From Blastocladiella emersonii ATCC 22665 (lineage: Eukaryota > Fungi > Blastocladiomycota), in assembly GCA_025594325.1 (NCBI GenBank), contig JANHCV010000018.1:1-64000 (forward strand): a stretch of 64,000 bases of DNA, written 5' to 3'. Position 1 is the stretch's first letter. The number at the start of each line of letters is the position of its first letter. Below are positions 34,520 through 46,730 of the stretch, in pieces. The translations under genes were made by a program, and so were the position numbers. The notes beneath the pieces are model-generated. The model did not search any database and was not told where the DNA came from. It saw only the letters and a list, made by a program, of their open reading frames with translations.

Positions 34520-35839
34520 ATGATGATGATCGCCAACCTCGCCTCGTCGGCTCGCGCCTCGGCCACCCGCCGCTCGGCCGGTGTTGCCGCCGCCGCCGCC
34601 CTGCGCACCCGCACCCTCGCCTCGGCCGCTCCCGTATGCGATCTCCGCCGCCCGACGACGATTTCCGGGATCAAGCGCTAACAACCCACACACCAGGACG
34701 CGGCGCCCTCCAAGCGCACCGCGCTGTACGACTTCCACGTCGCGCACGGCGGCAAGATGGTCCCCTTCGCCGGCTGGGACATGCCGCTGTCGTACCCGGA
34801 CAAGTCGCACATCCAGAGCCACTTCCACACGCGCGAGGCCGCCTCGCTCTTCGACGTGTCGCACATGCTGCAGACCCGCTGGGTCGGCAAGGACGCGACC
34901 GCCTTCATCGAGTCGCTCGTCGTCGGCGACATTGCCGCGCTCGCCCCGACCACCGCCACCCTCTCGCTCTTCACCACCGAGTCCGGTGGCATTCTCGACG
35001 ACACGGTCATCCAGCGCGAGGCCGCGGGCGACTCGCTCTACGTCGTCAGCAACGCCGGGTGCGCCGACAAGGACCTCGCGCACATCCGCGCCCACCTCGC
35101 CGAGTTCACGGCCGGCGGCAAGCGCGACGTCGCCGTCGAGGTCCTCGCCGACCACGCCCTGCTCGCGCTCCAGGGCCCGACCGCCGTCGCCGCCCTCGAG
35201 TCGCTCGCCGGCCGCTCGCTCGCCGACCTCAAGTTCATGCAGGGCGCCACCATGTCCCTGCGCGGCATCCCGACCCCGGTCCACGTCACGCGGTGCGGGT
35301 ACACGGGTGAGGACGGCGTCGAGATCTCGGTCCCGAACGCGCACGCCGCGGCGCTCGCCGACCTGCTCGTCAAGCAGCCGGGCGTCGCCCTCGCGGGGCT
35401 CGGCGCCCGCGACTCGCTGCGCCTCGAGGCCGGCCTGTGCCTGTACGGCCACGACATGGACGAGTCCGTGTCGCCCGTCGAGGCCACGCTGCTGTGGACC
35501 ATCGGCAAGCGCCGCCGCGCCGAGGGCGGGTTCCTCGGCAGCGACAAGATCCTGAGCCAGATCGGCGGGCCTATCACCAAGCGCCGCGTCGGGCTCACGG
35601 TCCAGGGCGCGCCCGCCCGCGAGGGCGCCACCATCGTCAACCCCGCGACCGGCGAGCTGATCGGTAAGGTCACCTCCGGCGTGCCGTCGCCCGTCCTCAA
35701 GAAGAACGTGGCCATGGGCTACGTCGCTGGCGGGTTCCACAAGGCCGGCACTGAGGTCGGCGTCGTTGTCCGCGGCAAGACCCAGAAGGCCGTCGTCACT
35801 AAGATGCCCTTTGTGCCGCACCAGTACTACCGCGGCTAA
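34520..35839 (+). CDS. GCV1: Glycine cleavage system T protein (aminomethyltransferase), mitochondrial
   Basis: KRTALYDFH, MVPFAGWDMPLSY, SLFDVSHM, LALQGP, TRCGYTGEDGVEI, GLGARDSLRLEAGLCLYGHD, MPFVPHQYYR. Confidence 0.98.
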
Positions 35840-35925
35840 GCGCGCGCTTGTTGGTGAATGATGATACACTTGCTACAATACCTCACGCCAATTTTGATTC
35901 TGCTTACAATGATCGATAGATTGGT

Positions 35926-37275
35926 TTACACGGCCATCATTCCACCCGCCGCCACTGCTGCTGGTGGGCTCGTTGTCGTTGCGGCAACGCCGGCCTTGAT
36001 GCGCTGCCGCAGCTCGGCCTTGACCTGGTCGTACACGCCCGCAATGTCGTGGGCCTGCTCCATGTCCTCGATGATGCGCAGCGCGCGCGCCGCGTCCTGC
36101 CCCGCGAGGTCGAGGTACCCGAGCTGCGTGTAGCACTCGGACCGACCAACGTACGCGCTACACATCTCAACGTCAGTCTACCGCCGTCGCTCTACGACAC
36201 CGCCCCGTAAACGTACCGGTGGCTGTTCGGCGCGAGCGCGAGCAATCCGGCATACGCGTCGGCGGCGAGGAGCCACTGTCCCTGCGCCTGGAGCGCCATG
36301 GCCTTGGCCTCGAGCTTGGCGGCCTCAGCGTCGTTCGGGTTGCGCCGCCGCCGCGCCTCCTCCATCTGCGCCGCCCACTTGGCGTCCTGCGTCTCGCGCG
36401 CCGCCGACACGAACTGGCGCGGCGTGAACTTGATCTCGATCTGCCCGCGCGCGCGGGGTTCCGGGCAGGTTGCGGGGGTAGTAGTCGGGGCGGGGGTGGT
36501 GGTGGGCGCCTGTTGCTGGCGCAGCTGGATGGTCTGGAATCGCGCGCGGAGAGCACGGACTTCTTCGTCGTCATCGTCGCTCGACTCGTCACCGCCGTCG
36601 TCCTCAACCGGGGCCGGGGGCTGTGGTTCAGGAGCAGGTGCGCCGTCGCGCGCCGTCTCGACCCAGTCGTACACGCTCGCCTACACATCCAGAGCGTCGT
36701 CAGCGCTCCGTCGGCCACTCACGCGTGGGTGCGGACGTACCTCGGCCATCTCGCGCTCCTCGCGTTTAGTCGCGGCGACCCGCTCGCGCTCCTCGCGCTC
36801 CACCTCCATCTGCTGCTTGACGAGGTACCGGTGCCGCTCCCACTTCTCGGACTCGCGCTTCTTGCGTGCCTCCTCCTCGCGCGCGAGCCGGCGCTGGCTG
36901 GCGTCGGCGCGCCGCGCACGGAGGTCGGCGGGCGAGGGCGCCGTGTACTTGACCTCGGCCCACTCGACGCCCGGTTCGAGCTTTGGCAGCGCCACCGTCA
37001 CCGTCTGCCCGTCGAACGTGCACGTCGCCGCATCGTATGTGACGGGGTGCGCGAGGTCGAGTTCGAAGAAGAAGGGCGCAGCGTTGAGCTTGAGGTACAC
37101 GTCGTTGGCTAAGGCGGGTTGCGGGTGTGTAAGGGCTTGCACCGTGCAGAGTCCGGGCGGGTGTACCGTAGACGTCGGCCGACTTGGCCGTGATCAGCCG
37201 CGGCCACTGGACCACGGCGTAGACGTGGGTCTCGGTCTGGGACGTCGAGTAGTCGCGGACGAGGATCGGCGGCAT
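35926..37275 (-). CDS. DNAAF4: Dynein axonemal assembly factor 4 (DYX1C1): CS domain, coiled coil, reduced TPR region; 4 exons
   Basis: MPPILVRDYSTSQTETHV...YLKLNAAPFFFELDL parallels MPLQVSDYSWQQT...YLKVNFPPFLFE; PRARGQIEIKFTPRQFVSAARE matches the family PR..G.I.I.FTPR.F motif. Confidence 0.88.
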
Positions 37276-37571
37276 CTTGCAGGTTGCTTTACATGGGCGG
37301 GTGGGCTGTTGCGGTGGCGAGGAGAGCGGGTGCTCGAGCGCGAGGCCAAGGGAAGAGCGACGCGTCGACCGGAAGAGAAACGCGCGCGGATCGCGCTCCA
37401 CGTGTGGCACTCTCGTGGACCTGCCAAACGCGTCGAGCGGCGCAACGCGTCTTCACTGCACCACTCTTCCCCACTCTCATGGTATGATGGACGAAAACTT
37501 TGTAGATTGAACGTCAAACAAGATGAGAACCAGGAAAAGAAAAAGGGAAAGGGCCTTGGGAACACCTCACC

Positions 37572-39653
37572 TCACAGGCCGAGGTCCTTGGTGACCTGGC
37601 GGACGCAAATCGGATGGAGCCCGTCGCGGACCTGGGCGAACGTGGCCAGGGCGAGGTCGCGGCCACCCTCGGCCGCGCTGAGGAGGCGGAACAGCGGGCG
37701 GACGTACTTCATGCGGCCAACCTCAGAGAGGAACTGGGCAACCTCCGGGTAGATGGCCGTGTAGTTGGCGCCTATGGACGTGTCGCGCGCAATGGTGAGT
37801 GTCGCGCTCCTGACAGATTCCCGAGAGTGAGCGCGGAGGTACGTACGCAGCGCGATCATGTGCCAGCGGAAGCGAATCTCGCAGTTGCGGGACGCCGTGA
37901 GCGAGTACAGCTCGTCGAGCTTGGCGAGGTGCGAGTGCGGGAGGTTCTCCTTCAGGTCCAGGGTCTCGAGGAACACAACTAGATCAGGGGAGAGAGCGGG
38001 TTAGGTTAGCCTTGCTGGGGATGCTGCGGGGCGACCAAGTCCAGTCAGACGGACCAGTCTGCATGGCAGAGAACGAGGAAATGTCCGTGGCCGAGAAATC
38101 CTTGGACAGGTCGGCAACATCGACGTTGCGCGACGCGTCCCAGCGGTCCGCAAGGTCGATGCAGACGCGCGCGAGGGAATCGTCGTACTGGTTCTCCACA
38201 ATGGGCATGCCGGGCTTGCGCAGCCAGGCGTTCCAGTCGACCTGCTTGAGCAGCTCCGTCTTTTCCTCGCCAAAGTAGTGTTCGTAGAAGTCAAACAGGA
38301 ACTTGGTGAAGTCGTCCGTGTTGATGGACCGACCAGCAAAGTTCTTGAAGTACGCGCGAGTAAAGGCGGCAAACGACTCGGTACCAAGAAGCTGCTCCAG
38401 ATAGAAGAGAAGAGAGAAGCCTTTCTCATAAGGAATGCTGCTGAAGGAATCGTCGGGATCCACGCCGTGCAGCTTCGGGCATAGGCACGTGTAAGGGTGG
38501 TCGTGGCCAAAGAGGTCGACGCTCTCCTTGAGCGCCTTGAAGCCGATGCGGGCGGAGAAGTGGCGGTGGGCCTCGCCGTGCAGCTCGGCCATAATCTTGC
38601 GCTCGAGGAACACTGTCCACCCTTCATTCAAGTGGAAATGCATCCAATTCTGGGCGGTAACGAGGTTTCCAGCCCAAGAGTGGGCGAGCTCGTGGACGAT
38701 CACGTCGACCAGCGACTTGTCACCAGCAAGCAGAGTAGGCGTAACGAACGTCAGGCAAGGGTTTTCCATGCCTACACGGATGATTAGTACATGCTCGATA
38801 GCACAGATGCGGAGAAAATGGGCGTACCGCCATACGGGAACGAGCTGGGCAGAACGAGAATATCGTAGCGCCCCCAATCGTAGGGGCCGACAAGCTTCTC
38901 GGCGGTCGCAATGATACGTTCCGTGTCGGCGAACTCGGCGGCCGCCGCGGCAACCACCTCGGGCTCCGCGAAGACAGTCGTGCGCGGGCCAACCTCGATG
39001 CCCTCGATGTTGCCGACGGCGATCGCCAAGAGGTAAGAAGGGATCGAAGTGGGCTGTTTGAAGGTGTAGGTGCGATGCTTGCCGTCGGCCGAGGTCGACT
39101 CGCCCGTGCGCAGAGCCGACATGAGAGCGCGAAGGGGCGCGGGGACCGTGATGGAAGCGGCGTAAGTGAGCTTGAGGGACGGGGTGTCCTGGACCGGGAA
39201 CAGCGAGCGGGCATGGATGGCCTGGCACTGGGTCAGGAAGTAGCCATGCTGCTTGCCCTCGGTCTGGCTCGGCTTGAGGAACTGGCCGCCGGTGCAGCCG
39301 CTCGTCGTCGCGTAAGCAATGCGAATCTTGGCCGTGGCATCGGTGCCCTTGGCCGGGGCGGGCAGCTCGATGACGATCGGCGAGCCGAAAGGCTCCTCGC
39401 GAGCGTGGACCGTGTACTTGAGGGGGACGGCCTTGTCCTCGGTCTCGAGAAGGAAGACGGTGTGGATGTCGAAGTGCGACGAGTCCAGAACAACCTTGGT
39501 CGCGCCCTCGGCGAGCTCAAGCTCAAGCGTGGCCGTGCCGGACAGCGTCTCGCGGTCAAAGTCGACGGCCATGTGGAGCTCGAGGTGCTTGGTGCGCGCC
39601 TCGTCCGTGTTCGCGAACGAGTTGGGGTCGACGGGGCAAAGCTCGACTGTCAT
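37572..39653 (-). CDS. LTA4H: Leukotriene A4 hydrolase-like M1 aminopeptidase, multi-exon
   Basis: DPNSFAN, TQCQAIHARS, PSSFPYGGMENP, VHELAHSWAGNLVT...LNEGWTVFLE (HEXXH-x18-E), PYEKG, GRMKYVRPLFR. Confidence 0.97.
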
Positions 39654-39979
39654 GGTTGGTTGTTGTTTGTGCAGAGCAACAAAGGGGAGAGTGCGAGTGC
39701 GGGGCGCCATCAACTTTGGGATCTGTGCGTCGTGTAGGCCCCAACACCCGCCCAAACGCCCGCACGTGCCGCGAGGATCGCCCTAGGCACGTGACGTGGT
39801 GGTGGTTTTGCATGAGCCGCACAACAGGACCCGAACTTTCTCGTCTCCTCTTCACCCTTCACTCCCCGCAGCGCACCGCCGCCCAACGAAGCTAACACAT
39901 TTCGGGCCCGCCGCGAAAGGCGCCTAAGAACCGCGCCTCGACCCGGCCCTGCCGTCGGAACCGCGCCTGTCCACCGAAC

Positions 39980-41823
39980 ATGTCAAACTGGGCGAGATGG
40001 GCTGCCGCCGTCGCGGTTGTGAGCGCTGCCTCACTCGTGGCCATCTACCGCATGTTCCCGCCGACCACGGAAGGTGCGGGCGTGCGCCGTCCCCATCCGC
40101 TGCGCTCTGGAAGGTGTTCCTCACGCACGCACGCCACCCGACCCTGCACTGGATAGAACGCGTCCAGGAGATTCTCGAGTCCCTCGAAAACGTTCAGCTC
40201 TCGGTCCACGAACGCTTGTGGTGCGCAAATGAGCCCTTGGCCTCGGTTCGACGTGTTTTGGAGCTAAGCTCGCTCGTTCCTTGTAGCCTCATTGAGGAGC
40301 TCCAGTCATTTGACCTGTCACGTACGTCGAAGACTGGGCCGTTCCTGCTCTCCTGGTTGCGTCCTGACCCTCCCATGTAGACAATCTCGCTCGGACGTTG
40401 CTGCGGAAGTGCACGGGGCCCGCCACGCACCCCGAAGTCCAGTCGACGCTCATGGCCGTCCTGTGCACCTTCAGCGAGAAAGGTTGGCATCCCGCTCATG
40501 CCCCGCCCTTGTCCGCTCTCGACGGGACCGCGCTGACGCTTCCTCGCCCCTGTCCTCCCCGCAGAGTACAACGCCAACGTCCTTCTCGCCGCGAACGCTT
40601 TGGACCACCTCCTCTCCGTTTTGGAGTCGGACGTCGCGCTGCAGGCAACCTACCTGTCGTCAGCGACCGCCATCTTTGACCTCGTCCAGGGCAATCGTAC
40701 GTGTCGAGCGCACCACGCGCTTGCGGTGTCGCCCCCTACGCTCCAGCTCTAACACCGTGACGATTCGCGCTAGCTGCCGCAAAGGCGCGAATCATCGAGG
40801 CCGGGGTCGCGCGGGCAATCCACCGCCGACTCTCGTCGCGCGCCCACAGCGAGCTGACCGAGCTCCTGCTCACGCTCAGCGTGCGGCTGCTCATTTCTTA
40901 CGAGGCCAACATCCAGTTCATCCGCGCTGGCGTGCTCGGCGATGTCGTGCGCGTCTTCCACAAGACGAAGCGGCGCCCGGTCAAGGAGCGGTGCATCAAC
41001 CTGCTCGGTATCATGACGACGTTCCTGACTGCCGAGCGTGAGCGTACGCTGCATCACCCGAAGCGCGCACCATCCGTTCACTGACCAGCTACTGCTACAG
41101 GACTCCCCACCATTCCGGCCGTGTTCGCAAAGTACCGCATCGAGCCCGAAATCATTCTGATCATCCACTTTGGTACGCAAGTCGCATCCTGCCCACCCGC
41201 CCACAGGTTTTGGACTGACACCGCCTTGCTCGCGTCGCCTCCTCTCAGACGATCCGATCAATACGCCCTGGTGCCTGCTGATCCTGAAGAACCTTCTCCT
41301 GCTCGACCTGATCCGGCTCACTAACACCGAGTACCCGTCCCTCTTCTCGGACCTGCTGCGACTGACGGGCCTCAACGACGATCTGCGCGTCATTGCCGGG
41401 CACACACTGATCCTGCTCCTGCACCACGACCCGTCGTTCGGTGACGCGCTCACGCCCGCGATCCCCGAGCTGGTGCGCCGCGTGGTCACGGGCGTCGACC
41501 GCGTTTTCCTCGAGCTCATCATGTTCGGGCTCGAGCACCAGGCTGAAGCGCTCGTGCTCCAGTACCCCGAGGAGCTGCGGCGGCTCGCCGACTACTGCGC
41601 CGTCTCGGACCCAGAACTGGCGCAGTTTGGCGCGAAGATCGACGCGGCGCTCGACTTTCGCCCGAACTGGGATGCACCAGCACCGGCCGTCGACCTGCCA
41701 GTCGATCAGCCCGCGTACGTCCAGCGCACAGCGTCGCCGCGGCCGCTGCTCGCGCCCAAGTCTCCGTTTGGCCTGGGCCCTGACGCCGACGACCACTGGG
41801 TGGCCAGAGCTGCGGAGTCGTGA
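39980..41823 (+). CDS. N-terminally membrane-anchored armadillo-repeat protein (ARMC10/ARMCX-like, tentative), multi-exon
   Basis: N-terminal TM WAAAVAVVSAASLVAIYRM; ARM-like helical repeats (HPEVQSTLMAVLCTFSEKEYNANVLLAANAL; ANIQFIRAGVLGDVVRV...VKERCINLLG). Confidence 0.6.
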
Positions 41824-42087
41824 TCACTCTTCACATATAGACCTATTCTACGCCGAGAGATTGGCTGTTGTTTGAGAGCAGAGGATTCGGCGCGCAGTCA
41901 CCGACCTCGAGTGACGCTCTGAGAGCAATGAGTCCCCGGTTGTCCCATGCCCTGTCCCGCGCCTTAGTGGGCCGCTTCGGCCGCCTGCCTGCGCTCCCCC
42001 GTCAATGAATCACACCAAATCTACCTGTCAGCGCATGCATTAGTCTCCCTCGAGGCGACCTCACCGTATCCCTATCCCAGTATCACC

Positions 42088-43504
42088 ATGATGGCCGCAT
42101 GCTCCTGCTCCGGCGGCAGCGGCAGCAGCAGCCCTGCTCGCACGGGCGCGTTCGGGACCGTCCCCTTCACCGAGGACGAGCACATGCGCATCAGCATCAA
42201 CCTCGCGCAGAAGCTCCCGCCCGAGTGCATCTCGTCGCGCAGCGGCGGCTCCGCCGGCCGCGTCTGCTACATCGAAGGCTGGCGGTGCATCGAGCTGGCC
42301 AACGAGATCTTCGGCTTCAACGGCTGGTCGCTGACGGTCGTGGGGACCTGCACCGACTTCCTCGAGAACAACGGCAACCAGAACGATCCGCGGTGGAGCG
42401 TCGGGATCAGCTGCACGGTCCGCGTCACGCTTCGCGATGGGACGTTCCGCGAGGACAATGGCTACGGCATCTGCGAGAACATGCGCAGCAAGGGCCAGGC
42501 GCTCGAGAAGGCGCGCAAGGAGGCCTCGACGGACGCCCTCAAGCGCACGCTGCGCCTCTTTGGGAACTCGCTCGGCAACTGCCTCAACGACAAGGACTTT
42601 ATGCGCCAGGTCGCGAGCCTTCCCGTGCAGCGGGTACGTTGACTGGGCCGTCGGCCCTTCCTCTCACAGGATCTTTCAACTGACACGGCCTCGCCCTCGC
42701 GTAGCGGACGATCACGGCCGATGACATGTACCAGAAGATGTCGCCCTCGCAGCAGATGCGCACGAGTATGCCGCCGAGTTGACCCAGGCCCTTGTTCTCG
42801 ACATCTCGACTCACCGATTTCGTGCGCCTGTAGCCCAGTCGAGCGTGCAGTCGCAGGCGGTCAACGGCCCCAACGCCATGGTCCCGCACGCTCAGAACCA
42901 GCATCAGCCGCCGCCGCACCACCACCAGCAACAGCCGCCGCCGCCTCAGCCTGCCCAGGGTCCAGGCGGCAACTCGGCCGCTGGTCCGAGTTCTGGCGGC
43001 GGCCCGAGTGCCGGTCCCGTCGGCAACGGACCTGGGAACGGTCCGCCTGCACCCGGCCGCAACTTTACCCCCGGCGCCATGGGACCTCCGCAGGGGGCAT
43101 GGATGCCCGGCCAAGGCCCACCTCAGCAACAGCAGCAGCAGCAGCAGCCGTATCAGCAACATCACGGCCCGCAAGGTCCTTCACCGCTGGGTCCGGGCCC
43201 AGGCGTTGGCCCGAACCGCATGAGCACCATGGGCGGCAGCGGCCCGCCTGGCTTCAACGTCGGTCCACCTGGCCCGCCTCAGCTTCACCAGCAGCAGCAG
43301 CAGCAGCAGCAGCAGTTTGGCGGCGGGCGTGCTCTCGGTTCCCCGTCGCCCGCGTCCGCGATGGGTCCTGGTCCCGGCCAGTCGTTCCAGGCGGCCATGA
43401 GTGGGCCTGCTGGGAACGCCGCGGGTCCGGGCGTCCACGGCAACGACGCGAAGCGAGCGTTCCCCGACCACGACGGCGAGATGAATAAACGGCTGCGCGC
43501 TTGA
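42088..43504 (+). CDS. RAD52: Rad52 recombination protein, 3 exons
   Basis: KLPPECISSRSG..GRVCYIEGW..IELANEIFGFNGWS, VRVTLRDGTFREDNGYG, EKARKEASTDALKRTLRLFGNSLGNCL. Confidence 0.97.
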
Positions 43505-44144
43505 GCTTTTGACGTATTGATCCAACAAAACACATTGATTTTTGATGTAAGCTTGCAGCGAGGAGCCGTTGGGAAGAGCGCTGAAGCCTCGAATCGCAAT
43601 GTACCACGCCAACGAGGGACTGAACCGCGGTGGCCAAGTCGGCCATGAGTAGGATCGCGGTGCAAGTTTCTGGCGACTTCATGAAGCGCAGGTGCAACCT
43701 CAACGTCGCTATTAACGTCGGGTGCTGGGTTCATGGCGCGCAGGTGGAGAAGCCGCCGCGTCATTGCAAGTTGCTGAGCCCGCCAGTAGAAGCGATCGTG
43801 GCCAGCGTTCCAGACGTCGTGTGCATCTCGTCGAAAGTGTGTTCGTGGCGGCCGGAACTCTAGCACGCGGACAGCAGGTCGCGCCGCGCCAGGAGCAGCG
43901 CTGGTCGCGCACTTGGCCTAACTCGATTGGCGGCCAGATCCAGGCAGCGCTAAGCAACCAGCAAGACCCGAGTGTGGCAACCATGGTGCGCTTCGACGCG
44001 GAAGCCGACGGCGCGGAGGCGACCGCGTTGTTCATCCCACGTGATGGCCGATCGTAGAAAACCACACACGGATGTTCTATTTGAGAAGCGGGTGTGATGG
44101 AGACGTCGACAATACATCACGGAAGAAATCACAAAGGAGGGGCT

Positions 44145-45500
44145 TTAGAAGCCGAGAGCGGCCGTGGTCGCGGCGACGACGATGAGCATCGTTGCCGCGA
44201 TGGCCGTGGTCCACTTCGACTGGCCCGCGTTGATGGAGGGAGCCGAGGCAGCGGGGGCTGTGACCTTGGGGACAGCGAGGGGGGCAAAGTCCTCGTAGCC
44301 CTCGGCGCACTTGATGTCGATCCAGTCGATGAGCATGCGGTACTCGGGGTTGGTGTCAGGCGCGTTGCCGCACCACTGCGACGGACCGCCCGCCCATTCC
44401 TGCGTACCGCGCTCGATGCCGTTCCCGCACGTGTCCCAGATCGAGGCAAAGAGGCGGCCCTCCTGGAACGGGGTGTTGAGGGTGGCGTTCTTGAGAACGG
44501 TCCGCACGACCTTGTCGTCGATGAGCCACTCGAGCTTACCCGGAGCGTAGTTCATCGTGTACGTGTGCCAGACATCGAGGGAAGAGTCCATGTCGTGGAT
44601 GGCTCCCTTGGTGTAGTCGATGGTCTAGAAGTTGCGAGTTGGAGCAGTCAGTCGACTGGCTACCCATCGACAGCAGAGAGTCAAGCGAATCACCGTACCC
44701 CGTTGTAGAACCAGTTGGACTGCGTCTGCTGGTTGCTCTTGCCGGGGAGCCACTCAAAGTCGATCTCGTCGCCCGTGTCGTCGCGGTCCGCGTTCGACTT
44801 GAAGATCCAGCTAGTCGGTTGAAGAACGTCAGTGTTCAGGACGTGTTGTCGTCCATCAGCTGCCGTACGTGTAGACGAAGCCCTTGCCACTCGACATGCG
44901 GACGCGGGCCGAGTAGGTCCCGTAGTGGACCCAGCGAGAGCTGGTAACACGAGTCAGCTGCCCTGCCTTGAGCTCCTTGTTGTAGCTAGTCCGCACGAAT
45001 CGGTTAACAGCAAGCTCAACGGTTCTTGGCGTGAGAGGGGGGCAGCGTACCGCATCTTGAGAATGAGGTTGCCGTCCTTGACCTCGGTGTTGCCGATCTC
45101 GTCGATGAAGGGCTGCTCGTCGGGGTTGCCCAGGTACTTGTCGCGGCGCGGCACCTGGTTCTGGTTGTCGAACTCGATCCGGGTCGACTTGCACCGCGGG
45201 CGGCCCACACAGGCGTTTTGGTACGAGGCGTTCTGCTGACAGCCTAGAGACCGCAAAAGCCGTCAGTGGCCGCAGCATCTCGCACGGTACAGATGAATGA
45301 GGACCGTTGTCAATGTAGCCGTCCCAGAGCATGCTGGTGCACCGCCCATCACGGTTGCAGAAGGGGAAGGAGGCGGTGCAGGGCTTGCCGACCTTGGGGC
45401 AGTTGGTCGACTGGGCCGTCACACCAGCGAGCAGCGAAGCTGCGACGAGAGCGGCCACGGCGAGCAGCAGCGTCGCGGGGACATGTCGGGAGCCTCGCAT
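44145..45500 (-). CDS. UTR2: GH16 Crh/Utr2-type chitin transglycosylase with signal peptide, Cys-rich N-terminal module and probable GPI signal
   Basis: Signal peptide; C-rich NCPKVGKPCTASFPFCNRDGRC; YGTYSAR; catalytic GDEIDFEW; QTQSNWF; WHTYTMNY..GKLEWLIDDKVVRT; hydrophobic C-terminus. Confidence 0.85.
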
Positions 45501-46097
45501 GGTTTGGCCTGTTTTATGGTTTGGCTAGGCCGGTAGTGCAGCAGGTAGGAGCCGTCCCGGGCTGCTCAATACATGGGTTTCCGTGGTCGGTCGAAGAGAG
45601 AGCGAACTCTGACTCTGGAGAGAGAGCGGTTATAAGGGACCCAAAACTGTGGCGCTCTTGTGGCGCTCGAGCCGCAGCAGCTTCGCGCGCACTGCTGCTC
45701 TGGCATGAGCACGAAGCCTCTGAACGGACACTCAATCTGCTCATCATCATCATCGTCAGCGCTGGCAAGCGGACTGAAGAGTACCGTCGTGCCGACTGGC
45801 CGCCAGCCGTCCCCGTCCAGCGATCGCTGTCTTGCGGCTCGGGAACGCGGACTGATGTGCCCTGACTCTCACTTCCGCGTCGTCTATGAGCAGATTGACG
45901 AGGTGGACAGCCCGTTCTCTGCAAGCATGCCCGTAGTCGCTCGGATCAGCAGGGGGCCGCGAGCGGGAGACAAAAGGGTCTCAAGGGCAGCGTGAGGCCA
46001 CATGACGAGCGATCACCTTGACCTTGCAATTTTGACCGCCACAAACGCTCGCGTCGACGCTCACGCCCTCCACACTCACCGCAACGCAATCAACACC

Positions 46098-46577
46098 ATG
46101 TCAACATCGTCAGTTGCCGCAATGACCGTGGCGGCGGGGCGCGTCTTCCTGCGCCCGTCGCTCGGCAAGTTCCTGCGCCCGACCGAGTTCGCCGTCGCGC
46201 AGCATGCCGTGAAGCGCATGCATGAGAACAACGGCGTGATGCCCGACGGCACCTACACGGTCGAGCGGAACCCGGCGACCGCGCGCTGGCACAAGCCGCG
46301 CTACTCGCTCCGCCAGCAGGCGACGCTCCGCAAGGCCTCGCTCATCAGCTCCGCGTACGCCGGCGTCGCGATCCCGCTCGGCCCGCTGCCCTCGGCGAAA
46401 TCCGAGCGCCTCCCGCTGCGCACCAAGCTGCCGAAGCTGCCCAAGGACCAGCGCCTCAAGGCCGACCGCGAGGCCAAGATCGCCGACAAGCTCGCCGCAA
46501 TGGACAAGACGCTGGCGGACTGGCGCCGCACCAAGGCGGCCGAGAAGGCGAAGCTTAAGTCGGACCTGCCGTTCTGA
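46098..46577 (+). CDS. MRPL25: Mitochondrial ribosomal protein mL59
   Basis: NPATARWHKPRYSLRQQATLRK and REAKIADKLAAMDKTLADWR, C-terminal LPF. Confidence 0.85.
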   Translation: MSTSSVAAMTVAAGRVFLRPSLGKFLRPTEFAVAQHAVKRMHENNGVMPDGTYTVERNPATARWHKPRYSLRQQATLRKASLISSAYAGVAIPLGPLPSAKSERLPLRTKLPKLPKDQRLKADREAKIADKLAAMDKTLADWRRTKAAEKAKLKSDLPF

Positions 46578-46730
46578 GCGCCGCCGCCGAGCTGTTCGCT
46601 GACATTCGATGCACCACAACCTCCTTTCGATTATTTTATATAGTACCGTCAAATCGATCACCCGTCCGTGCTCCTCCTTTCCGCTGCACGATGTGTGCGC
46701 TTCACCGCCACGGCCGCCAGCGGGCGCGCA

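Noticed and set aside
37990-39300. Lower GC3 in LTA4H and in the 5' half of WDR24 as a sign of foreign origin
   Set aside because: Both are conserved eukaryotic genes with host-type introns; expression-level or regional composition differences are a simpler explanation.
43520-44130. Short ORFs between RAD52 and the GH16 gene
   Set aside because: No codon bias or motifs; consistent with convergent 3' UTR/intergenic DNA.
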